From the IMG/VR virus record IMGVR_UViG_3300017774_005665, positions 1 through 26,532 of that record: a stretch of DNA of 26,532 nt. One strand, written 5' to 3'. This stretch comes from a virus (taxonomy: Duplodnaviria; Caudoviricetes). Below the pieces are notes generated by a model that searched no databases, was not told the DNA's origin, and saw only the letters and a program-made list of their open reading frames with translations. Positions 8,970 to 16,057 of this stretch are shown one piece after another. A program made the translations under genes and the position numbers. The first letter of the stretch is position 1, and each line of letters begins with the position of its first letter.

Positions 8970-9135
8970 CACTAGGGGATTCACGCCTCCGGCGGACTCG
9001 GTCACCTTTTTGACCAATGACTACAGATTTAAATCTGTTATGCAGTCCAATGAAGATGTTAAGGGGTGGGCGAGGGATACGCTCGAAATAATTAATGAAC
9101 TTCAGTACAGGCTTGAGATCGAGCGCAACAGGTGA
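8902..9135 (+). CDS. Lipoprotein, putative outer-membrane spanin (Rz1-like)
   Basis: Signal peptide II MNAKNTLTALLVVVVAFLGG-C with lipobox; lies inside the lysis cassette. Confidence 0.7.
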   Translation: MNAKNTLTALLVVVVAFLGGCASTRGFTPPADSVTFLTNDYRFKSVMQSNEDVKGWARDTLEIINELQYRLEIERNR

Positions 9136-9665
9136 TTACTCGGAAGAAAATAGACGAGATCTACCGCAATATCCTGAAGGGTTTAGATCCTTCCTTCGCC
9201 GCGCGGGTGGCTGCGTGGAGGGATGCGGTTATTGCGTCAGGTGTGATTCCGTACATTTACTGCGGAGCGAGAACGCCGGCGGAACAGGAGGAGTTGTATC
9301 GTCAGGGGAGGACGAAGTCTGGGAAGATTGTAACTAACGCGAGGGGGTACCCCATCCCTCAATCATTCCATTGCTATGGCAGGGCGATAGACTGGGTGCC
9401 CGCAAAGAAGATCGCAAATGATTCATATGAAGCAGATTGGGTGAATGTGCAGTCATATGGGGTTGGCATAGAAAACGGCAAATTATACTCACTGGTCGCC
9501 CTGTCGTGGGAAAGACCCCACCTTCAGGACGGACAATACAAAGACTGGAGGGATCTGGCTGCAAATATGGCAATATCTCAATCAGAGGAGCCAGTTACAT
9601 TCAGGGCAATCCCAGAGAAAAAGACTGCTAAAAGTCGCAAAGTAGTGATACGCAGAATAAAGTAG
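9132..9665 (+). CDS. Endolysin, peptidase M15 family (L-Ala-D-Glu peptidase-like)
   Basis: RTPAEQEELYRQGRT, IVTNA, SFHCYGRAID (SxHxxGxAxD) and ERPHLQ (ExxH) zinc motifs. Confidence 0.9.
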   Translation: MITRKKIDEIYRNILKGLDPSFAARVAAWRDAVIASGVIPYIYCGARTPAEQEELYRQGRTKSGKIVTNARGYPIPQSFHCYGRAIDWVPAKKIANDSYEADWVNVQSYGVGIENGKLYSLVALSWERPHLQDGQYKDWRDLAANMAISQSEEPVTFRAIPEKKTAKSRKVVIRRIK

Positions 9666-9694
9666 TTGACATGCTGAACCACTACCTGTAGACA
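9666..9694 (+). promoter_or_regulatory. Putative promoter of the head module, leaderless geometry
   Basis: TTGACA 9666-9671, 17-nt spacer, TAGACA 9689-9694, GTG at 9702. Confidence 0.55.
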
Positions 9695-9701
9695 GGCGCG
9701 A

Positions 9702-10046
9702 GTGACAAAACTAAGGATTTATGCTCGGGCGTTTGCTACAGCCCTAAGTATTTTTCGGTACTCTAGTTACGCCAATTTTAAATATGGCAATGATGACAGG
9801 ATGGCGACCCAGCAGTTTTTAAAGTCCGATAGTGGTAAGAGCTTTCTTCGGCTTTTGCTTGCTTTCTGTTCTTTGCGGGATGCCAAGGCAGTGCTTGCCG
9901 GCGGAGACAGGTTTGAGGCCGGCAAGGCCGTTGGCTGTAGGGAAATGGTTGCTTATTTAGCTTTCTTGGGCGGCTCGGCCGCAGAAGAAGATTCCGAATC
10001 CGCCGAAGAAGGGGACTTGGCGGAACTCGGTCATTTAGTCCCCTAA
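9702..10046 (+). CDS. Head-module hypothetical protein (Bbp19-like position)
   Basis: FLKSDSGKSFLRLL...EAGKAVGCREMV pattern with an acidic tail; immediately upstream of the scaffold. Confidence 0.6.
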   Translation: MTKLRIYARAFATALSIFRYSSYANFKYGNDDRMATQQFLKSDSGKSFLRLLLAFCSLRDAKAVLAGGDRFEAGKAVGCREMVAYLAFLGGSAAEEDSESAEEGDLAELGHLVP

Positions 10047-10070
10047 ACTTCGGGAAGAAAGGACTCCGAT

Positions 10071-11015
10071 ATGTCCAATGAACAAATAGCCGAACCGGTG
10101 GCGCAAGCCTCTGGAGAGGGTCAGGGAATCGAAGCCGAGTTGCAGGAGCTTGGGAGACTAGCCGGTCAGGTCGATGGTTTCTCCGCTCCTGATGTCAAGG
10201 CTCAGTCCCCTCGTAATACGGACGGAGTCCCGTCCGCGAGCAAGAATCAGTCGGCTGATAAAGCCGATCAACAAACGGCATCCACACCGAACTCTGAAAG
10301 CGAAGATCCAGTAACGAAGGAGATTAAATCCCTCGATGTTGGTGAAGATCGTGAAAAAAGCCGCAATCGGCTTGGTCAGTTGTGGGAGCAGTTCAATCAA
10401 AAGCAACGGGAGTTTGGCGAGCAGAGAGCTCAATTTGAGCGCGAAGCAGAGCAAGCTCGTTCCAGCCGGAACGAGGGCTATACGCCAAAAGAACTCAGAG
10501 AGTTTGCCAAGGAATGGGAGGAAGAGGGAAGGGATGACCTTGCCGAATCTGCCCGAAAAAAGGCAATCGAAATTGAGGAAACCGAAGCCAGTCGATCCGT
10601 CAAAGCCAAAGAGCGCGAGGCAGAGTTCCTGTCTCGCGTGAGGTCAAATTGGGACAATCTGACAAAGGAGAATCCAGATCTAAAGGATCAGGGTTCCGAC
10701 CTCTACCAGACAACCCAAGGCTTCATGGCGCACGGAGATCCGCTGGTAAAGGACTTCCTGAATCGTCACCCCGATGGCTTGGTCTTGGCAACAGCCCTTG
10801 CCAAATTGCAACTCGCTGGGGAGTCCGCTGCGGATGCCGTTAAAGAAGTTGAGCGGTTAAAAGCTGAAAATCAAAAATATAGACAGAAGTTTTCGTTAGG
10901 AACTTCCACTCCAATGTCGCCCACAGGCGACAAAAGGATTTCTGATATGAACACGGCGGAAGCCGAGAACTATCTCAAAAACCTAGTGGCGGCCACTGAC
11001 GGCGACCTGTCTTAG
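10071..11015 (+). CDS. Capsid scaffolding protein
   Basis: Acidic disordered N-terminus, long E/R/K coiled coils and a short C-terminal helix; directly upstream of the major capsid gene. Confidence 0.8.
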   Translation: MSNEQIAEPVAQASGEGQGIEAELQELGRLAGQVDGFSAPDVKAQSPRNTDGVPSASKNQSADKADQQTASTPNSESEDPVTKEIKSLDVGEDREKSRNRLGQLWEQFNQKQREFGEQRAQFEREAEQARSSRNEGYTPKELREFAKEWEEEGRDDLAESARKKAIEIEETEASRSVKAKEREAEFLSRVRSNWDNLTKENPDLKDQGSDLYQTTQGFMAHGDPLVKDFLNRHPDGLVLATALAKLQLAGESAADAVKEVERLKAENQKYRQKFSLGTSTPMSPTGDKRISDMNTAEAENYLKNLVAATDGDLS

Positions 11016-11026
11016 AGGTAATAACA

Positions 11027-12082
11027 ATGGCAATGATGAAAACAAATGTACCCGCTTCACTGGCGGATCAGTTCCAGAGCGTATTCTCGAAAAAGTTGTT
11101 GGACGGAGTCAAAGAGACTTTGGTTCTTAACACCTATGGACAGAAGTACGATCTTCCGACAAACACGGGTAACAATTCTATCACCATGTTCCAATGGGAC
11201 ACCGAGGCCAATGCATCCAATGTGCAGAGCTTGACTGAAGGAACGACGATTAGCACTTATCGTGATATCGGACTCCGTAAGATTCAAGTTCCTCTTGCAC
11301 AAGTGGGCGAGGCTCTAAAATTAAGCGACATCCTGAACTACACGCAGCTTTTCAATGCGTTGCAGGAAGGGATTCGCGCTTTAACTTTGGATGCTGCGCA
11401 GCATTTGGACACCGTTGTCCGTAACGCCCTGCATGGCGGCTCGACCGCTCAGGGTGTAACCGTTGACTCCGCTCGCGGAACCGGCATTCACGGGACTACA
11501 ATCCCGAAAATCTATGCCGGTGCTTCCACGACTGCGGCAGGCTTAGTGGCTGCTGCTGATGGTTTCCTTGCTCCTTCTGATCTTTTGGATGCCGCTACGG
11601 CAATCCGAAACGAAAAGAATGTGAGCTTGAATGAAACTTTCACAGCAATCGTCGACCCTTCCGTTGCTGCGGATCTCTTGAAGGATCAAACAGTTCTCAA
11701 TATCGCTTATCGCAATGTCGCGACCAAAGTCTCTGACATCGCGAAAGGCCAAATTGGCGACCTGTATGGTGTGAGCGTTTCGCAACACACCAACGCCTTC
11801 AAGGCCTCGTCTGGCAGCGAGAACACCTATGCAACTTCGGCCGCTTCGGGCGAAGTGCTGGTGTACTCGACTTATGTTATGACGAGCGGCGCGTTTGGAA
11901 CTGTGAACTATTCTGGACAATCTCCGTATGCCCCTTCCGTAGTTATTGTGGACAAGCCCGACAAGAGCGACATCCTCAATCAAAATATCTACGCTGGATG
12001 GAAAGCACACTGGGCTGTTCAGGTTCTCAATGCAAAGAAGGCTCGTATTCTTTGCAGCAAGTCCCGCACATCAAACTCCTAA
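11027..12082 (+). CDS. Major capsid protein, N4-gp56 type
   Basis: 351 aa with LTEGTT, IVDPSVAADL, GQIGDLYGV and DKSDILNQ...GWKAHWAVQVLN; follows the scaffold and precedes a terminator. Confidence 0.92.
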   Translation: MAMMKTNVPASLADQFQSVFSKKLLDGVKETLVLNTYGQKYDLPTNTGNNSITMFQWDTEANASNVQSLTEGTTISTYRDIGLRKIQVPLAQVGEALKLSDILNYTQLFNALQEGIRALTLDAAQHLDTVVRNALHGGSTAQGVTVDSARGTGIHGTTIPKIYAGASTTAAGLVAAADGFLAPSDLLDAATAIRNEKNVSLNETFTAIVDPSVAADLLKDQTVLNIAYRNVATKVSDIAKGQIGDLYGVSVSQHTNAFKASSGSENTYATSAASGEVLVYSTYVMTSGAFGTVNYSGQSPYAPSVVIVDKPDKSDILNQNIYAGWKAHWAVQVLNAKKARILCSKSRTSNS

Positions 12083-12112
12083 GTTAGTTTGTAGGGGTAT
12101 GTCCCCCGTAGC

Positions 12113-12148
12113 AAAACCCCAGCCAAAAGCTGGGGTTTTCTATTTTAT
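12113..12148 (+). terminator. Rho-independent terminator
   Basis: Perfect 11-bp stem AAAACCCCAGC / GCTGGGGTTTT with CAAAA loop, then T-rich ctattttat; 30 nt after the capsid stop. Confidence 0.88.
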
Positions 12149-12178
12149 TGCAATACAGGTAGTAACTGCTAAGCAGAT
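12148..12178 (+). promoter_or_regulatory. Putative promoter overlapping a palindromic operator-like site
   Basis: TTGCAA 12148-12153, 16-nt spacer, TAAGCA 12170-12175, ATG at 12181; AACTGCTAAGCAGAT at 12164-12178. Confidence 0.5.
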
Positions 12179-12180
12179 GC

Positions 12181-12468
12181 ATGCCCGTATATGAATATCT
12201 CGAGGCAAACGGCTCGATTACCACAAGAGTTCTTCCGGTCGAAGAGAGAGACACTTACCCAAATAGGGTCACCGTCCCAAGAAGCATTGTTTTTGTAGGG
12301 TCTACCCAAGATCCCACCATATCGGCCAATCGAATACGAGAGGGCTACAGAAAACTTGAAGAGCGCGGCGTGAAGATGAAGACCAGCAAGCGGGATTTCG
12401 ACAGGGCGTGGGGATCTCACGACACCAAGTCAGCCTTCAGGGGCGGGAAAGCCGTCAATGTTACCTAG
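12181..12468 (+). CDS. Small protein with FmdB-like N-terminus lacking Cys ligands
   Basis: MPVYEY start resembles FmdB zinc-ribbon proteins, but the CxxC pairs are absent. Confidence 0.6.
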   Translation: MPVYEYLEANGSITTRVLPVEERDTYPNRVTVPRSIVFVGSTQDPTISANRIREGYRKLEERGVKMKTSKRDFDRAWGSHDTKSAFRGGKAVNVT

Positions 12469-12495
12469 TAATTCGCAGGCCGCCGGAAGTGCCGA

Positions 12496-12897
12496 GTGAA
12501 AGACGCGAAAAAGTGTGGCGAGCTTGCTGAAACATTATTTGCTGCGGAGATAATGCGAAGAGGGGGAGTCCCTAGTAAGCCACTGGGCGACAGCACGCCG
12601 TATGACTGGCTTGTTCATGTCGGCAAGAATATCTGGCGGGTTCAGGTAAAAAGCACTTGGCACTGCGTTGTGAGGCAGGGCAAAAGATCTGCAAGTAAAT
12701 GCAGGGTAACAATTTCGGCAGGGCGATGGGCTAAGACTGTGTACACAAAACAAACCATCGACTTTGTGGCCGTCTATGTAGACCCGTTTTCCTCTTGGAT
12801 AATAATCCCATCACATGAAATAAAGGGGAGAAAGACTCTCTTTATAGGGCGGTCTGATTGCGAGCAGCCAAGCTGGTCGCTTCTTGGCCTCGCTTAA
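12496..12897 (+). CDS. PD-(D/E)XK endonuclease (group I intron-associated/PDDEXK_5 type), free-standing
   Basis: GELAETLF, KPLGDSTPYDW, RVQVKST and IDFVAVY...WIIIP motifs. Confidence 0.85.
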   Translation: MKDAKKCGELAETLFAAEIMRRGGVPSKPLGDSTPYDWLVHVGKNIWRVQVKSTWHCVVRQGKRSASKCRVTISAGRWAKTVYTKQTIDFVAVYVDPFSSWIIIPSHEIKGRKTLFIGRSDCEQPSWSLLGLA

Positions 12898-12900
12898 TAC

Positions 12901-12928
12901 TTGACTGCTTAACAGGCGATCATAGAAG
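12901..12928 (+). promoter_or_regulatory. Putative promoter of the tail module, leaderless geometry
   Basis: TTGACT 12901-12906, 16-nt spacer, TAGAAG 12923-12928, ATG at 12936. Confidence 0.5.
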
Positions 12929-12935
12929 TACGCAT

Positions 12936-13655
12936 ATGCCAAGGTTTACAAGAGGTAAGTCGTTTACAGCAACTGAAGAAGTAACAAACGCAAAGCTCCA
13001 CCAACTTGTGGACGATGCGTCAATTAATGCACAGGCAATTACGGATCTTACCGCAATGGCAGATGAGATTGCGGCCGGCGATCAGATTCCTCTTGTTGAT
13101 GTTAGCGTTGAATCAATCAGGAAGGTTAACGCCGGCCAGTTTATTTCTAAGGGTGCTGACAACAAATTTAATTGTCAGGGGCTTGCCATAAAAAATCTTG
13201 CAACCCCACTCGCCGCAAACGATGCGGCCAGCAAGGCCTATGTTGATGCAGCCTCTATTGCGGCCGGTAATTTACCAAATGTAACTCCGGAAAATAACGA
13301 ACAGGTTTTAAAGGTTGTTGGCGGTGCTTTTGCCTTGATCAAAGAAAACCTGATCAACCAAGTCCACCTAGCAGACAACAGCGTTGTGGCCGGCAAGATC
13401 GCCGCTGGTGCTGTTGTGGCCGGCAAGCTGGGGGCTGCCTCTGTCGGAACGCCCGAGCTTCAATTAAATTGTGTTACCAGCGAAAATCTTGCAACAAGCC
13501 TGACCATATCTGGGCAGTTTGTGGCGGGAACTTTAGTTGGTAATGGCAGCCAAATTACAAATCTTTCCGGCAATGGAGCCGGAAATAGGAATATATCAAC
13601 CGCGAATCCGGCAGGAGGGGCTGAAGGGGACATTTGGTATCAGGTTGCCAGCTAG
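12936..13655 (+). CDS. Tail fibre protein, proximal part (239 aa)
   Basis: Start re-called at ATG 12936. IKNLATP...DAASKAYVD motif, 10-aa VVAGKIAAGA-type repeats and a C-terminal ISTANP..G..GDIWYQ motif. Confidence 0.75.
   Translation: MPRFTRGKSFTATEEVTNAKLHQLVDDASINAQAITDLTAMADEIAAGDQIPLVDVSVESIRKVNAGQFISKGADNKFNCQGLAIKNLATPLAANDAASKAYVDAASIAAGNLPNVTPENNEQVLKVVGGAFALIKENLINQVHLADNSVVAGKIAAGAVVAGKLGAASVGTPELQLNCVTSENLATSLTISGQFVAGTLVGNGSQITNLSGNGAGNRNISTANPAGGAEGDIWYQVAS
13383..13427 (+). repeat. 15-bp direct repeat at 30-bp period in the fibre gene
   Basis: gttgtggccggcaag at 13383-13397 and 13413-13427. Confidence 0.85.
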
Positions 13656-13670
13656 TTTCCAGTCTGGCAT

Positions 13671-14588
13671 ATGCCCGAAAAAATTTACGCCCACAAGGAT
13701 GGTACTTTTAAAGAGGTAAAGTTTGTCCACATTAGGCAAAACAATCTCTGGAAGCTGGTAAATCAGATACATATTAGGACTGGGAACGCTTGGAAGCGAT
13801 CCTATGTTTGCTGGCTTGCTAGCGGAGGGACGGAGACTAGGGAGGGTGGCTATACATATCACAAATTTACGACTAGCGGAGTATTCAGTGCTGCTGGCTT
13901 CAGAAATTGTGAAGTTTGCTTAATTGGCGGAGGCGGTGGTGGAGGCAGCAGTTACGGGGGAGGAGGGGGTGGGGGCGGGATTGTGAATTATGAAAGCGTT
14001 AACTTAACTACTGGAGAATATGTCATAACAGTCGGGAATGGTGGTGCGGGTGGTGGGTCTGCTGGGGGCGCGTCTAGCATTGTGCTTAATTCCACAACCA
14101 TAAAGTCGGCCGGCGGCGGCAGCGGGGGAGGTGGTACAGGCCAAAGAGGCGGAGCCAGCGGGAGCGGTAAAGCTGGCGGAGCGGGAGAAACTTGGGCTAC
14201 CTCAAGAAGCAACGGAGACTCTGCTGTAACCGGCTATGTCTCAGGTGGCGGGGGCGGATATGCCGCACAGGGCGGGAACGCCAACGGCTCGCAACAGACG
14301 AAGGGGAGTGGCGGTGGCGGCACGGTGATTGTCCCGCCATCAATATTCGGAACCGATGCCCAAGCCGCCGGCGGTCAAGGCGGACTGCAAGGATACGGTG
14401 CTGTCGGCACAACATGCTCGACGACAGACAAAAACGGCAATTGCACTGCATATGTTTACGGTTACGGCGGCGTAGATAGCTCGGCCGGCGCATCCGGTGC
14501 CGGCTACGGTGCGGGAGGGGGGGGCGACTCTACAGGCAAAGCGGGCACTAATGGAATAGTTGTGATTAGGTATATTACACTTACATGA
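13671..14588 (+). CDS. Glycine-rich tail fibre/receptor-binding protein
   Basis: YTYHKFTTSG, VCLIGGGGGGG, YVITVGNGGAGG and a terminal GTNGIVVIRY, typical of glycine-rich phage fibre domains. Confidence 0.8.
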   Translation: MPEKIYAHKDGTFKEVKFVHIRQNNLWKLVNQIHIRTGNAWKRSYVCWLASGGTETREGGYTYHKFTTSGVFSAAGFRNCEVCLIGGGGGGGSSYGGGGGGGGIVNYESVNLTTGEYVITVGNGGAGGGSAGGASSIVLNSTTIKSAGGGSGGGGTGQRGGASGSGKAGGAGETWATSRSNGDSAVTGYVSGGGGGYAAQGGNANGSQQTKGSGGGGTVIVPPSIFGTDAQAAGGQGGLQGYGAVGTTCSTTDKNGNCTAYVYGYGGVDSSAGASGAGYGAGGGGDSTGKAGTNGIVVIRYITLT

Positions 14589-15283
14589 ACTTAGACGAGA
14601 TTGTTAATACAGTTAAAACCAAGATCCACGACACCAGTTCGGGGGCTGCCGCTGCTGCAAAAACTTTTGCCGCATTGCGCTATAAAATGGTTTGGGACAC
14701 CCAGCTATGGAGGGACTCATTGGCAATGACATCTCAGGCGGTGCCAGCGGGAACTCAGGTTGTCACCTTGCAGGAGCCCACGGTTGACTTAATAGTGGCA
14801 GTGGCGATTGGCGACCAAGGAATAACGCCGGCAAATTTTGAAACTACATTCATTTCTGCCAGAGAGGCGTTCAATGTTTCCGGCCAAACGGTTGCGTTTG
14901 TAGCCGTTTCCAGAACCAACTCTGGTCTTTCAAGGTTGCGACTCTTGAGCCCGCCCTCTGCCGCAACTACGCTGCATGTTCTTTATAAATCAAAGATACG
15001 AGTTATTAGGCAAGGGCAGAGCATTTTTTCCACTCTTGTTGATGACGGCGATGAAAGCGTAATACCGGCCGCAGACTTAGCTCTTACCGCACTGGTTGAG
15101 GCGGATATGCTCGAATATAAGCAGGCATATGCCAAGGCACAGGCCAAGCAGAGCGAAGCCCTGACATTGCTTGGGGTTGCAAGAAACTCGGAGCGATCAC
15201 AGGCCGCATCAAGATTTGAGATATCCGCAGAAAGCCTTGGAGAATGGACTAGAGATGATTGGGATTCCGCAGGAGGGATCTAG
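14585..15283 (+). CDS. Head-tail adaptor / tail tubular A-like protein
   Basis: MNLDEIVNTVKTKI N-terminal helix, beta-rich middle and helical C-terminus; position upstream of the nozzle. Assignment is mainly by architecture and synteny. Confidence 0.6.
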   Translation: MNLDEIVNTVKTKIHDTSSGAAAAAKTFAALRYKMVWDTQLWRDSLAMTSQAVPAGTQVVTLQEPTVDLIVAVAIGDQGITPANFETTFISAREAFNVSGQTVAFVAVSRTNSGLSRLRLLSPPSAATTLHVLYKSKIRVIRQGQSIFSTLVDDGDESVIPAADLALTALVEADMLEYKQAYAKAQAKQSEALTLLGVARNSERSQAASRFEISAESLGEWTRDDWDSAGGI

Positions 15284-15298
15284 AGAAAAGGAGGCAAC

Positions 15299-15472
15299 AT
15301 GAAGCAGGGGCTGTATGCAAATATCAATGCAAGGAAGAGGGCTGGGACTAGCAGGCCAAAAAGCGAAAGCACAATTGACCCCAGCACATATCGCAAAATG
15401 AAAGAAAAGAGGGGCGGCTTTTCGGATCGAGAATCAAGAAAAGCCTATGCGGCAAGAATGCTTGGGAAATAA
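15299..15472 (+). CDS. Small basic protein (57 aa), not in the ORF track
   Basis: Strong SD AAGGAGG at 15288-15294; MKQGLYANINARKRAGTSRPKS...; fills the intergenic gap. Confidence 0.8.
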   Translation: MKQGLYANINARKRAGTSRPKSESTIDPSTYRKMKEKRGGFSDRESRKAYAARMLGK

Positions 15473-15526
15473 TCTGTGAGAATTCCCCTCCTCTACCGCT
15501 GGTTTCAACGCCATCAGCGAACTGCA

Positions 15527-16057
15527 ATGATCAATATTAATCCAAATGAAGATGAGTTGTGTCGTTTTGCACACTGGTATTTAACCTCTGGCGATCCCGA
15601 GGCAATTAGGATTTATCCACCACTCGAAAATACCTATAATTTTGAGCTTGAAGGTGTAACTGGCATCACAATCTATAGGAAAGAAAACTTTCAAGTAGAA
15701 CTATTTATAGCGAAGCCTAATACCATTGTTCCGCAGCATCTTCACCCAAATGTAGATAGCTTTGAAGTTGCCCTACATGGAGTTAAGTTTACGCATAGCG
15801 GGGCTGTTAGGTTAGGCTTTCGGGAGGCCTTGGAGGAAAAGGATGGCAAGCCCGCTCATTCTTATACCGTAATAAGAGTTAAGCCCCATCATATGCATGG
15901 CGGAATGTCATCTGAACGGGGTGGCTCATTTTTGTCTATACAAAGATGGTTGAATGGCTCCTTGCCCACTACCGTAAGTGCTGATTGGTATGGCGGCACA
16001 ATGGGCGATGGCCACAAAAAACAAATATCACAACAAGAGAATCTTAAATGCCCTTAA
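15527..16057 (+). CDS. Cupin-fold metal-binding protein
   Basis: VPQHLHPNVDSFEV (H-x-H-x6-E) and a distal HMHGG. The start may be ATG 15527 or GTG 15476. Confidence 0.7.
   Translation: MININPNEDELCRFAHWYLTSGDPEAIRIYPPLENTYNFELEGVTGITIYRKENFQVELFIAKPNTIVPQHLHPNVDSFEVALHGVKFTHSGAVRLGFREALEEKDGKPAHSYTVIRVKPHHMHGGMSSERGGSFLSIQRWLNGSLPTTVSADWYGGTMGDGHKKQISQQENLKCP

Noticed and set aside
11946-12194. Possible frameshift extension of the major capsid protein
   Set aside because: No clear slippery heptamer near the capsid stop, and the frame runs through the terminator hairpin.
12083-12935. Group I intron around the PD-(D/E)XK endonuclease
   Set aside because: Flanking genes appear complete and there is no non-coding space for an intron core.
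12858-12935. Longer N-terminus for the fibre gene (TTG 12858)
   Set aside because: It overlaps the endonuclease gene and a promoter-like element; ATG 12936 fits the shared promoter geometry.
13925-14525. G-rich runs as G-quadruplex or repeat element
   Set aside because: Fully explained by poly-glycine codons of the fibre protein.
7409-14588. Diversity-generating retroelement acting on fibre genes
   Set aside because: No reverse transcriptase and no template/variable repeat pair seen in this window.
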